A DNA stretch of 40,296 nt from a virus (taxonomy: Duplodnaviria > Heunggongvirae > Uroviricota > Caudoviricetes): IMG/VR virus record IMGVR_UViG_2585427770_000004. The stretch is one strand, 5' to 3'. The position numbers and the translations under genes are program-made. The notes beneath the pieces are model-generated. The model was not told the origin of the DNA. It searched no databases and was given only the letters and a program-made list of their open reading frames with translations. Below are positions 1-9,426 of the stretch, piece after piece (position 1 is the first letter of the stretch; each line of letters opens with the position of its first letter).

Positions 1-1158
1 ATGCTCACCGTTAAGCAGATTGAAGCAGCAAAGCCGAAAGAAAAACCATACCGCCTACTCGATGGTAATGGCCTGTACCTTTATGTCCCTGTGTCAGGGA
101 AAAAGGTATGGCAGCTTCGCTACAAGATTGACGGTAAGGAGAAAATCCTGACCGTAGGAAAATATCCGCTTATGACTTTGCAGGAGGCAAGGGATAAGGC
201 ATGGACTGCGAGGAAAGAGATCTCGGCTGGCATCGATCCGGTAAAAGCGAAAAAGGCTTCGTCTAACAACAATTCCTTTAGTGCCATTTACAAGGAATGG
301 TACGAGCACAAGAAGCAAGTCTGGTCAGTAGGCTATGCAACTGAACTTGCCAAAATGTTTGATGACGACATTTTACCCATCATCGGCGGTCTTGAGATTC
401 AGGATATTGAGCCGATGCAACTGCTGGAAGTAATCCGCAGATTTGAAGATCGCGGTGCAATGGAGCGAGCCAACAAAGCCCGCAGAAGATGCGGCGAGGT
501 TTTCCGTTACGCTATTGTCACCGGAAGGGCTAAATATAACCCGGCACCTGACCTTGCTGACGCCATGAAGGGATACCGCAAGAAGAACTTCCCGTTTCTT
601 CCTGCAGACCAGATCCCGGCATTTAACAAAGCACTGGCAACATTTTCAGGAAGCATCGTATCGCTCATTGCGACCAAAGTTTTACGCTACACAGCCCTCA
701 GAACAAAAGAGCTTCGTTCCATCCTATGGAAGAACGTCGATTTTGAAAACAGGATTATCACCATCGACGCCAGTGTGATGAAGGGACGCAAAATTCATGT
801 GGTTCCTATGTCAGACCAGGTGGTTGAACTTCTCACTACGCTAAGCTCAATCACCAAACCAGTATCAGAGTTTGTTTTTTCCGGGCGCAACGATAAGAAG
901 AAGCCAATCTGCGAGAACGCGGTATTGCTTGTGATCAAACAAATTGGCTATGAGGGTCTGGAAAGCGGTCACGGATTCAGGCATGAATTCAGCACAATTA
1001 TGAACGAGCACGAATGGCCTGCTGACGCTATTGAAGTGCAACTGGCACATGCCAACGGCGGATCTGTGCGTGGGATTTACAACCATGCTCAGTATCTCGA
1101 TAAACGCAGAGAAATGATGCAATGGTGGGCGGACTGGATTGATGAAAAGGTGGAGTGA
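1..1158 (+). CDS. int: Tyrosine integrase (P4/IntS-like family)
   Basis: 385 aa; N-terminus MLTVKQIEAAKPKEKPYRLLDGNGLYLYV typical of P4-type integrases; C-terminal catalytic region with HGFRHEF (HxxR) and RGIYNHAQY (Tyr nucleophile). Confidence 0.9.
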   Translation: MLTVKQIEAAKPKEKPYRLLDGNGLYLYVPVSGKKVWQLRYKIDGKEKILTVGKYPLMTLQEARDKAWTARKEISAGIDPVKAKKASSNNNSFSAIYKEWYEHKKQVWSVGYATELAKMFDDDILPIIGGLEIQDIEPMQLLEVIRRFEDRGAMERANKARRRCGEVFRYAIVTGRAKYNPAPDLADAMKGYRKKNFPFLPADQIPAFNKALATFSGSIVSLIATKVLRYTALRTKELRSILWKNVDFENRIITIDASVMKGRKIHVVPMSDQVVELLTTLSSITKPVSEFVFSGRNDKKKPICENAVLLVIKQIGYEGLESGHGFRHEFSTIMNEHEWPADAIEVQLAHANGGSVRGIYNHAQYLDKRREMMQWWADWIDEKVE

Positions 1159-1375
1159 TCCACCTTAACCACTATCGAAGAGCACAAAGCCTTGCAATCC
1201 AGTACAAAACTTTGTTTGTCTCATCAACCATAGCAAGTCATCGATCGATTGAGGCCTGGATGATAGACTTCATGCCTTTGATTATTAGCTGATAGAAGAA
1301 ATGTTAAAGCTATTTGCAATAGTACACCTCGATTGGTGTTATCAACACGCTAAAATGTTCTGAGATTAAGTCAAG

Positions 1376-2803
1376 ATGGAGTTAATTATGTTCAGAAATC
1401 AATATGCTATATCAGACGCTTCACTAAGTGGTAACATCAGTCCTGACATGGAATGGCACAGGATGAGCATATACCTAGGAGAGGGGGCAGAGGTTTTCGC
1501 TAATGACAATTGCATTATCATAGGTAAAGTCGTCAATAGCTGCGACCCTAGCATGTCCCCTAATGATATAGCAGACGCTGTATCATCATGCGACAGCATT
1601 GAAAGTGTTTTTGAACTGACTGATGGGATGGCAGGAAGATACATAATCGCTTTCATCATAAACTCAGAGGTATATATGCTCACTGATGCTTGCGGATTCA
1701 AAAGAGCTCTATTTATGAGGTATAATGGTGCTAAAATAATAACATCATCTGAAAATTACGCCGCTCACATATTTGGGTTTAACATTGTCATTAATGAAGA
1801 TATAAAAGATATGATGCGGGATGAATCCTACAGAAGAAAAGAAAGCCCATGGTTTGGTTTGACTTCTCCAGATGAAAGATTCAGTTATTTAATACCAAAT
1901 CACTACCTGTATATAGGTGATTTTACGTTACATCGCATGCCCCCGCCAAAAATTGGTGGTGATGTAATTACCAGCGCATCATCAATGATAAAGAATACAA
2001 TTTTAGCACTTTCTGAAAGGTATAAGTTGATACAGCCTATAACGGCTGGCATTGACAGTAGGATTCTTCTTGCAGCATCTGAATCAGTTAAAGATAAAAT
2101 CGATTATTATGTATTTGGAGACGAAAACTCAAACCACGAAGATGTGTCCGTTCCTAAAGAGCTAGCAAAAATAGTTGGCGTAAATTTTAATGCAATCACC
2201 CCTCCGTCAGCACCAGATGAGTTCAAAAAGAAAATCGAAATGACAGTTCTTAGTGGTAGGGATTTGCCAAAAATAGATAATATATACTATCACTATAAAA
2301 ATTCTAACTTTGAAAAAGTAAACATCAATGGTAATGGCGCAGAGATATTCAGGTCGTATTATGGCGCGTCGATATTAGAGTTTAGCGCCAAGTCACTCTC
2401 TATACTTTCTGGAACTAAAAAATGGCCCATCATGGAAAGAAAGATTTATGATTGGCTAACATTAACTGAAGCCAAAAGATTTTCTCAAGAGAACAACATA
2501 TCAATTACCGACCTTTTCTATTGGGAGCAAAGAATGGCAATATGGGGGTCTATGTTCCCTTTAGAGCAAGATATCGCAATGGATGAGGTGTCGCCATTCA
2601 GCAATAGAAAGCTAATTTTCACAATGCTGAGCGAATCTTCAAGCAAACGTAGATCACCAGACTTTAAATCGGCAACTTTGTTAATTAATTTTATGGATGA
2701 CAGATTAAATAAAGTGCCTGTAAATCCAAAATCATCAAACCATATTATAAACTTTATAAAGGCCCATACAATAACTCAGTTAATTGTTAAGAAAATAATC
2801 TAA
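1376..2803 (+). CDS. Asparagine synthetase (AsnB)-like synthetase-domain protein without N-terminal glutaminase cysteine; cargo gene
   Basis: 475 aa, markedly AT-rich by eye; segment GRYIIAFIINSEVYMLTDACGFKRALFMRYNGAKIITSSE resembles the AsnB GATase-II fold, but the N-terminus is MELIMF with no Cys2; degenerate PP-loop ITAGIDSRILL in place of SGGxDS. Confidence 0.45.
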   Translation: MELIMFRNQYAISDASLSGNISPDMEWHRMSIYLGEGAEVFANDNCIIIGKVVNSCDPSMSPNDIADAVSSCDSIESVFELTDGMAGRYIIAFIINSEVYMLTDACGFKRALFMRYNGAKIITSSENYAAHIFGFNIVINEDIKDMMRDESYRRKESPWFGLTSPDERFSYLIPNHYLYIGDFTLHRMPPPKIGGDVITSASSMIKNTILALSERYKLIQPITAGIDSRILLAASESVKDKIDYYVFGDENSNHEDVSVPKELAKIVGVNFNAITPPSAPDEFKKKIEMTVLSGRDLPKIDNIYYHYKNSNFEKVNINGNGAEIFRSYYGASILEFSAKSLSILSGTKKWPIMERKIYDWLTLTEAKRFSQENNISITDLFYWEQRMAIWGSMFPLEQDIAMDEVSPFSNRKLIFTMLSESSSKRRSPDFKSATLLINFMDDRLNKVPVNPKSSNHIINFIKAHTITQLIVKKII

Positions 2804-2814
2804 ATTTTAAATTT

Positions 2815-2847
2815 ATCAATATCGGGGAATGCAACCCCGATATTGAT
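2815..2847. terminator. Bidirectional terminator: perfect 13-bp inverted repeat between convergent genes
   Basis: ATCAATATCGGGG-AATGCAA-CCCCGATATTGAT with AT-rich flanks, between the AsnB-like gene (+) and the beta-helix gene (-). Confidence 0.6.
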
Positions 2848-2871
2848 TTAGATTGCGTGATTGATATGCAT

Positions 2872-4518
2872 TTAAATTATTGATAGCGTTCTGATTTCAT
2901 TCCCGACCGGTGATGTCATAACTATCCGTGTTACGTTAGCGCCGGACACCGTATACGTCAGAATTATGTTACCAGCGGTTCCTATATTAAAGTTTTGTTT
3001 AGCCCCTGATGAACCTATAGCTTTGGCATTCGTTAAAGTATACGTATTACCTGAGGTAAATCCTGTAGAAATTACAAATTGTTGATCAACTTTAAAAGGA
3101 ACTGTCATTGTTACGGATGTTGACTCGACAGTAACAAATGGCAGGCTAGGCTGTTTAACCCCCGTCACATCCCAGAACTCACAGTCGCGCACCAATGCTC
3201 GACTAATTAAACCGCGAGTTACAGGGAAGGTTGTCTGGTCCTGCGATAAGAATGCCCCAACGATTTGCACGTTATCGAGCGTAATATCGTGTACCGTGGT
3301 CCCATCTATAGGACTTAACGTTGGTGATGCACTCCAGAGTTTACCCCCCTTCATTTTGATACTCACAGGGGCATTTGGGTCTCCACCATAATATGCACGG
3401 ATACGCTCAAATTTACAATCTGTGAGTTCATAGCTGCCGCGTTGATTGGTTTCGAACATTGTGTAAGCCTCGCCAGGCACGCCATGTCTAACATTGCTGG
3501 CAACAACACGGGGGTTATGTCGGAACGATGCCGACGTAACAGAGAAAACCGGCGCGCAGACATCATTGATTATAATGTCCGTGGTATAACGCCCTGTAAC
3601 AGCGTTCTCAGAGTTACTCATATCCGAATATAGCGCTTTAAAACGGGAGAAGTCTATGTTAAGCCCAACCCCTGCGCTTTTCGGGAGGGGGCCAAAATCA
3701 AGCCCGTCAATAACAATTTTCTTAGGGAAGTAAAGAGTATCATCACGGCCCACAGTTATTAAAGTTCCAGGGTAAGTAGACACACTTCCTGGATAAACTT
3801 TAATATCTTTCAGGGTGATATTATTAAATAACGTAGGACTTATAGGCGAACCGCTACTCGGCCCTTGCCCGGCAGTGACGGCAGCATTGATAATGCCGTT
3901 ACCTGGAACGCCGTTACGCAAACCAGTTAGCTTGATATTCTCCATGTATAAATCACCATCAAAGTAACCACCCGCATCTGAGCGAGTTGCAATGATGTTT
4001 CCAGGCATGTCTGGCGATGAATTGAATGTTGAGTTTGTGACGTACAGGTCGCCAATCCCTGTTACAAGAACCCCGCTGCGGCCGATGTTGCAGTCATTGA
4101 TTTTTAAGTAGTTCTGGAATGGCATATGGAAATCAATCCGGCTTAAGTCGCACCTTTCAAATCGCACATTTGCACAATTATTGCTGCCAGTTGCGCCCCA
4201 CCCTTCCCCGTTTGCGGTTGCGTTTTTGATAGTTACATTCATTGAGTTACCCAACCCGATGGTGTAGGAGTAGATATCTCCCGTTCCTGTGAACGAGTCG
4301 GCAACCGAGGGCGCGAATAACCCATCAACGATGACATCGTAGCTTTCGTTGATTTCAAGACGGCTATCGCTGAAGTTTTGTGTTAGCGGCCTATTAATAA
4401 ATGAAGTATTAATCAGGCGAACTCGTGACGCTTGATTAATGTAAATAATTCGATAATTCTTTGTAAGACTTTCATCTATGGTTAGACCTTTAATAGTTTG
4501 CACGATTACGCGAAACAC
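2872..4518 (-). CDS. Orphan right-handed beta-helix protein (tailspike receptor-binding / polysaccharide depolymerase-like) lacking a head-binding domain
   Basis: 548 aa rich in G/N/T/S/V runs typical of pectate-lyase-like beta-helices (e.g. NGVPGNGIINAAVTAGQG); GTG start at 4516-4518 with an in-frame stop 10 codons upstream; no P22-type N-terminal adaptor; lies 78 bp downstream of the UmuD'-like gene on the same strand. Confidence 0.5.
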   Translation of the reverse strand: MFRVIVQTIKGLTIDESLTKNYRIIYINQASRVRLINTSFINRPLTQNFSDSRLEINESYDVIVDGLFAPSVADSFTGTGDIYSYTIGLGNSMNVTIKNATANGEGWGATGSNNCANVRFERCDLSRIDFHMPFQNYLKINDCNIGRSGVLVTGIGDLYVTNSTFNSSPDMPGNIIATRSDAGGYFDGDLYMENIKLTGLRNGVPGNGIINAAVTAGQGPSSGSPISPTLFNNITLKDIKVYPGSVSTYPGTLITVGRDDTLYFPKKIVIDGLDFGPLPKSAGVGLNIDFSRFKALYSDMSNSENAVTGRYTTDIIINDVCAPVFSVTSASFRHNPRVVASNVRHGVPGEAYTMFETNQRGSYELTDCKFERIRAYYGGDPNAPVSIKMKGGKLWSASPTLSPIDGTTVHDITLDNVQIVGAFLSQDQTTFPVTRGLISRALVRDCEFWDVTGVKQPSLPFVTVESTSVTMTVPFKVDQQFVISTGFTSGNTYTLTNAKAIGSSGAKQNFNIGTAGNIILTYTVSGANVTRIVMTSPVGNEIRTLSII

Positions 4519-4596
4519 CCCTGAGAACCGCCATGAACAAGGGTTTCATGATTTGTGATTTTAGTTTGGTACGCAATTTGGTACACAGCACAATTT

Positions 4597-4983
4597 TCAC
4601 TTCAGCGGGTAGTCATCAAACTCACCATAACGAGCATCGTTAATGATGTATGTGATTACGCCAAATATCGCATCAGGGCTCGTTCCGTCATCGTGCAGAG
4701 GTATAGCTTCCCTTCTTCCTGTCTGCAAATCTTCCAGGTGAACCTTGGGTGATTTTCGGTATCGCTTAATCCTCAGCTCACCTTCCATTCTGCAAACAAG
4801 TAATGAGCCGTCGCATGGTGATAGCGAAGCATCCACAACCAGCAGCGCGCCATTCAGGATACCTTCCCGGTAGTGCGTCGCACCCGCTCGCATGAAGTAC
4901 GTTGCCGCTGGCCTGCTTATGATGCACTTGTCGAGCGATATGCGCTCTTCAACGTAGTCTTGTGCTGGACTCGGGAATCCCAT
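4597..4983 (-). CDS. UmuD'-like protein (S24 peptidase fold; HumD-like analogue of processed UmuD)
   Basis: 128 aa starting MGFPSPAQDYVEERI, matching the region immediately after the UmuD Cys24-Gly25 cleavage site (GFPSPAADYVEQRI); the ASGDSM serine motif appears replaced (AGATHY); RBS GGAGGTG upstream. Confidence 0.7.
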   Translation of the reverse strand: MGFPSPAQDYVEERISLDKCIISRPAATYFMRAGATHYREGILNGALLVVDASLSPCDGSLLVCRMEGELRIKRYRKSPKVHLEDLQTGRREAIPLHDDGTSPDAIFGVITYIINDARYGEFDDYPLK

Positions 4984-5000
4984 AACTCACCTCCGATGGA

Positions 5001-5020
5001 TACTGTATATTAATACAGCA
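5001..5020 (-). promoter_or_regulatory. LexA operator (SOS box) upstream of the UmuD'-like gene
   Basis: TACTGTATATTAATACAGCA has a perfect CTG-N10-CAG core with AT-rich spacer, 18 bp upstream of the start codon at 4983. Confidence 0.7.
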
Positions 5021-5118
5021 TTACTGATCGGCGGTGTCGATCAATAGCGTTTGTGGTGCTAAACTTCAGACCTTTCAGAAGCTACTGATACTTATCAAAA
5101 AACTATTATAGGTGTATT

Positions 5119-6216
5119 TTGGAAATCGATAACAGTCCACCAAGAAAGAATAACCTTCAGTATATACAGGCGCTTAGGGCTATTGCAGCTATGCTTGTCG
5201 TACTTTGCCATGCAAGGGATTTTTTGAAAGGAACAGAATATGAATGGCTGGCTCAGCGATTATTTTGGCCTGGTGCATTCGGAGTTGATTTATTTTTCAT
5301 CATTAGTGGTTTTATCATAATTTATACGTCTCATAGCTACCAAAGCAATGATTTGATAAAGTTTATTAAAAAACGTTTCTTAAGAGTTTGGCCTCTATAT
5401 TTCATCATGACTATTGCATATATAGTCATTGTTAAAAATGTTGATTTATCTTTAATGCATGGGTTTTCATATAACCAATCATCTAGCTCATTTGAATTAA
5501 CAAACATAATCAAAGGTTTGCTTTTCATTCCACTAAACACTGAGTCACCTATATACTTTGGGCCTCCATCATTGTTCGTTGGATGGACCCTCAATTATGA
5601 AATATATTTTTATTTAGTTTGCGCCATTGGAATAGCGCTGGGGAAGTTTAGGTATACATTTTATATATTATGGTTTTTCATTACACTGTTAGCTTTGCCA
5701 TCTATTGCGGGTGTATTCGACAGACCAAAAATTGAAGGTTTAGGATATATAAATTTAACCATGCAAAGCCTGATTTGGGAGTTTGTCTTCGGTGCGATTA
5801 TTGCTATCCTATACAAAAGTGGTAACTTTTCAATTAGAGACAAAAGGATTGCAATACCATTAATTTCGATTGGAATCATAATCCCTGTATGGGCTTACAT
5901 AACACAGTTTGATGCTGGGCATGGGATTTTTCATTCAGGGAAATATTTTTGCATAATGTTTGCATGCTTTACTGCATGCTCTGACTACATACAAGACAAC
6001 ATCAAAATACCACGTATTTTCATCATGATTGGTGATGCTTCATACTCTTTGTATTTAGTTCATCCAATTACGTTTATATTATGCTTTAAGATGATAGATT
6101 GGCTTGGGATGGCTGATTTATCAAAAAGCTTCTCGTTTATTTTTATTGTATTTATAACATCTGTAGCTTTTGCACTACTAAGCTATAAATATATCGAGAA
6201 AAATATTCCAAGATAA
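5119..6216 (+). CDS. Membrane acyltransferase family 3 (Oac/OafA-like O-antigen acetyltransferase); probable lysogenic-conversion gene
   Basis: 365 aa, polytopic and hydrophobic; N-terminal motif IQALRAIAAMLVVLCHA typical of Acyltransferase_3; TTG start at 5119 with no in-frame ATG before the motif; AT-rich. Confidence 0.75.
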   Translation: MEIDNSPPRKNNLQYIQALRAIAAMLVVLCHARDFLKGTEYEWLAQRLFWPGAFGVDLFFIISGFIIIYTSHSYQSNDLIKFIKKRFLRVWPLYFIMTIAYIVIVKNVDLSLMHGFSYNQSSSSFELTNIIKGLLFIPLNTESPIYFGPPSLFVGWTLNYEIYFYLVCAIGIALGKFRYTFYILWFFITLLALPSIAGVFDRPKIEGLGYINLTMQSLIWEFVFGAIIAILYKSGNFSIRDKRIAIPLISIGIIIPVWAYITQFDAGHGIFHSGKYFCIMFACFTACSDYIQDNIKIPRIFIMIGDASYSLYLVHPITFILCFKMIDWLGMADLSKSFSFIFIVFITSVAFALLSYKYIEKNIPR

Positions 6217-6223
6217 TTTTGAA

Positions 6224-6246
6224 GCGGCATGTTTGAAACATGCCGC
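6224..6246. terminator. Bidirectional terminator between convergent acyltransferase and tailspike genes
   Basis: Palindrome GCGGCATGTTT-G-AAACATGCCGC flanked by T/A runs in the 36-bp gap between 6216 and 6253. Confidence 0.6.
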
Positions 6247-6252
6247 TATTGG

Positions 6253-8175
6253 TTAGGCAGAAATATTCACAATCCCCCATGTACTTCCATTCCACACCCA
6301 TTGGACAGTAGGGTCGGAAGGATATGTTGCTGGAGATGTTCTGTAGGACACCAAGCCGATTGGGAAAGAACCTGTGTTCTCTGTCACAGTAGGCTTTACG
6401 CTAGATCTCATTTTTACTTTCTCCCATCCGCAGAATACTGGAAGAAAGGTTCCGTTATACGGGCTAAAATACGCTCCTCCAACATAAGCGCTCATTCCGG
6501 ATTCAACTGTAATCCTTAATCTGTATGCTTTACTTTTGTCGTTGGTTGGCGCTGAAACTTTGTATAACTTCCACCCTCCAACACCCATATCGTAGAACTT
6601 ATTAACTGACATATAGATGGAATTAGTACCATCTTGGGCTTCTATAGCTATCTCAAGTGGTGTGTCGCCTTTAAAGTAAAAAGCTCCACGAATGAAACCT
6701 GTCTGTGTTTTAGTTAAATTTAGGGTTATTCTGCAAAGTTGAGATGCGTTAGTGACTCCAAACCATCTACCGCAGCCAGATGGTTCATTAGGGTCAGAAC
6801 CAACCTTTCGTTCGTTCGGTATAATTAAAAGGGAATAGTCAATAGGTGCTCCGTAGACTCCATCAATAACCGACCAATCTCCAGAAGGGCAAAGATTAGA
6901 ACCGGAGACACTGAACGTATCTCCTCCCTGTGCGCCTGCTGTAGGGTCTGTCCCTAATATGGTATTCATGGGGCTCATGGTTGAGGCCCAGTTACCATAT
7001 TGCACACGCGCGCCAAGTATGGTCCACGGCCCACGTATTTTCCCATTGCCCGTAACCTCGCCATACAAACCTATCACAACATTATGCTGATTTGGGGTGC
7101 TATTGTTATAGAGCAAATAATCGCCGCTTCCCGATGTGTCAAGACCTATAAATGTGTTTGCGTTCCCCTCATACGGAGCACCGGTCTGGCGACTAAAACC
7201 CGATCCAGTTATGATCAGACCACCACCGCAAAGCTGCTCAAATGTATTTTGATTTATAGATCCATCAGAGATGTCAATTATGAATCTGCCACCACCTGAC
7301 GTAGTACCTGTTTTGATGCGTACAAATTGATTCCAAAAACTCCCGCCACCCCATTCAACCAACCCAGGCAGAGTGTATGCGTCTGATGATAAAAATCTTA
7401 TATCGCCGGTCGTATCAATGTTCGAGATAATAGAAAACTGTAGCCCTCTAATGTATAACGATTTACATGAAAGGCCAGTTACATTTATAGATTTACTATG
7501 AAGGATTAGGAAATCCCCGTTAGGGATTCGGCCAACACAATCAACGTTACAGCGGATCACAAAGCGACCAGCAGAAGCATGAATGCCAGTCAGCTTGGTC
7601 ATATCAACGACATAATCGCCTGGAGGGATATGCAATGATTTTCTGTTTTTCCCATACTCAACTAATTGTGAATAATCACCGTTAGCATAATCCAATGCCT
7701 CACACAGTTTAGCAGTAACATCTGTACCATCCGGGAATACTCCCCATCCACGCACGTCTAAATCATCACGCCAGCGATAAATCTGCAATGCGGGATATTT
7801 GGTTGCCCCATCAGGGTCTTCAATCTGCTGCCTTAACTGATCTGGATCATACTTCAACACGTTTGGATAGTTGAACTGCTGTGTACCATAAGCATCGTAC
7901 ACAGCCATAGAATGGCCTTGCACGGTAACGAATTTGGCAATCTGTCCGTTATATACAGGATAACCAGCAGCGTTAATGATGATTGGTTGCGAAACAGGAA
8001 CGTGAGAGCCGTCTTCGTTCTCCACATAAACCTGAATCTGGTTTTCAGGATTTACCGGGTCAGTGTCAATTTTACCGATATAAATTTTGCCATTGGCAAC
8101 CGCTTTAAAAGAACGCGCCATAGTGAAGAGTTGCGAAGGCATGCTTACTACAACATTGGCTGTAATGTCTGTCAT
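6253..8175 (-). CDS. Tailspike protein (P22 gp9 family) with conserved N-terminal head-binding domain and divergent receptor-binding domain
   Basis: 640 aa; N-terminus [97 protein letters not shown] matches the P22/HK620/Sf6 adaptor domain as recalled; the remainder is beta-helix-like but unrecognised. Confidence 0.9.
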   Translation of the reverse strand: MTDITANVVVSMPSQLFTMARSFKAVANGKIYIGKIDTDPVNPENQIQVYVENEDGSHVPVSQPIIINAAGYPVYNGQIAKFVTVQGHSMAVYDAYGTQQFNYPNVLKYDPDQLRQQIEDPDGATKYPALQIYRWRDDLDVRGWGVFPDGTDVTAKLCEALDYANGDYSQLVEYGKNRKSLHIPPGDYVVDMTKLTGIHASAGRFVIRCNVDCVGRIPNGDFLILHSKSINVTGLSCKSLYIRGLQFSIISNIDTTGDIRFLSSDAYTLPGLVEWGGGSFWNQFVRIKTGTTSGGGRFIIDISDGSINQNTFEQLCGGGLIITGSGFSRQTGAPYEGNANTFIGLDTSGSGDYLLYNNSTPNQHNVVIGLYGEVTGNGKIRGPWTILGARVQYGNWASTMSPMNTILGTDPTAGAQGGDTFSVSGSNLCPSGDWSVIDGVYGAPIDYSLLIIPNERKVGSDPNEPSGCGRWFGVTNASQLCRITLNLTKTQTGFIRGAFYFKGDTPLEIAIEAQDGTNSIYMSVNKFYDMGVGGWKLYKVSAPTNDKSKAYRLRITVESGMSAYVGGAYFSPYNGTFLPVFCGWEKVKMRSSVKPTVTENTGSFPIGLVSYRTSPATYPSDPTVQWVWNGSTWGIVNISA

Positions 8176-8233
8176 TTAATTTGCTCCAGATACAAGGAAT
8201 CGCCGCAGCGTAGCTACGGTGAATTTTGGGCAT

Positions 8234-8256
8234 AAAAAAACCCAGCCGAAGCTGGG
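8234..8256 (-). terminator. Rho-independent terminator between ant and tailspike
   Basis: Minus strand reads CCCAGC-TTCG-GCTGGG followed by TTTTTTTATG. Confidence 0.6.
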
Positions 8257-8275
8257 TCGTTGCGTTGGTTATCTG

Positions 8276-9154
8276 TCAGTAGTTATGTACTGAAGGAGGC
8301 AATTCTTTATTCTTAAGTCTCATCCATGCGGAAAGATTCGTTGGTCCGTCTGGCTCATTAATATCAACATCTCGTGTGTGGTTTATTAAAACGTCTCTCG
8401 CCATTCCGATAACATACGAGAATTCATGACCGTAGTCGTAGCATCTGCCGGAATAGTTCGATTGAATTTGTTTTAGCGCCGGATACAGTTCGCGGAATAA
8501 TGCCTGTGAGCGGTTGGCATAATCCCATAACCATACAAGGCTGTTTGCTTCTTTTGCAGAAAGCTCGTTGGTTTTCTTCTCTTGTTTGCCAATGAACTCA
8601 CCTTCAAGCACTACCCTGTGGATGTACTCTACGGCCAGCGGGATTTGTTCAATTGAAAGTTCATCAATGCTGTCAATACCAAAACGCTGATGAACCATAT
8701 TGTATGCATCGTCATAGCGAAGTCCTTTCCTTCCTACCAGCATGTTTACTGCATCGCGTAGCGGTGTTCTTTCCTCAACAGTGGTTTTCTTTCCTTTTAC
8801 ATACTCGCCATGTTTGCGAATTGAAGGCAGAACTTCTGCTGTTACCCACTTGCGGAATTTGTGCGGGACTGAACCTTTATTGACTGCATCGCGGCAGCGC
8901 AGAACCAATGTATACATACCTGATTCGCTCACAATGCTTAGATTCTGCTCACCACCAAGGGTGTAACTTAAAGTTACTCCCTTTTCATCGTCATCAAGTG
9001 CAGTAAGCGCCTTGCGTGAGTTAGTCAAATCTAAAGCATCACAAACATCTTTAGCTACAAACCACGGCTCACCGCACTTGTTGATGACGCGGATTTCACT
9101 GTCGCCGAATTTGAAGATGGTGAAATCGTTTTGTGCCTTTGCTATACTTTTCAT
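8276..9154 (-). CDS. ant: Antirepressor Ant (KilA-N/Bro-N type)
   Basis: 292 aa directly downstream of arc on the same strand; N-terminus [30 protein letters not shown] matches the antirepressor N-terminal domain. Confidence 0.8.
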   Translation of the reverse strand: MKSIAKAQNDFTIFKFGDSEIRVINKCGEPWFVAKDVCDALDLTNSRKALTALDDDEKGVTLSYTLGGEQNLSIVSESGMYTLVLRCRDAVNKGSVPHKFRKWVTAEVLPSIRKHGEYVKGKKTTVEERTPLRDAVNMLVGRKGLRYDDAYNMVHQRFGIDSIDELSIEQIPLAVEYIHRVVLEGEFIGKQEKKTNELSAKEANSLVWLWDYANRSQALFRELYPALKQIQSNYSGRCYDYGHEFSYVIGMARDVLINHTRDVDINEPDGPTNLSAWMRLKNKELPPSVHNY

Positions 9155-9222
9155 GTCAATATTTCCTAATCCGATTTGTTGATGCCGAAGCCCTGACTGT
9201 TACAGCAGTTGGGGCTTCAACT

Positions 9223-9384
9223 TTACGCACCAATGCGCCCTTCCTTCTTAAAGCTTTCCATTACTCGCTGATAAATCTCAGAATTAACAGACCGACCATT
9301 TTCTTCCGCCACCTTGCGTACCAAATCCAATACTTCTTTAGGCCACCGCAAATTGAACTGTGGCATTTTGCTCATTCCTTTCAT
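9223..9384 (-). CDS. arc: Arc repressor
   Basis: 53 aa MKGMSKMPQFNLRWPKEVLDLVRKVAEENGRSVNSEIYQRVMESFKKEGRIGA, essentially P22 Arc as recalled; the track ORF 9223..9447 extends upstream over the operator. Confidence 0.9.
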   Translation of the reverse strand: MKGMSKMPQFNLRWPKEVLDLVRKVAEENGRSVNSEIYQRVMESFKKEGRIGA

Positions 9385-9399
9385 GTTCACCTCACAATA

Positions 9400-9418
9400 T
9401 AGGTCCACGGTGGACCTA
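9400..9418. promoter_or_regulatory. Mnt operator (O-mnt)
   Basis: Perfect 19-bp palindrome TAGGTCCACGGTGGACCTA between arc and mnt. Confidence 0.75.
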
Positions 9419-9426
9419 TTGAGAAT

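Noticed and set aside
1159-1375. attP core expected next to int
   Set aside because: No tRNA-derived segment or clear arm-type repeats could be identified by eye; locating attP needs comparison with the host attB and is left unannotated
6229-6519. 96-aa plus-strand ORF at the tailspike 3' end
   Set aside because: Entirely antisense to the tailspike C-terminus and Cys/Trp-rich; no independent support
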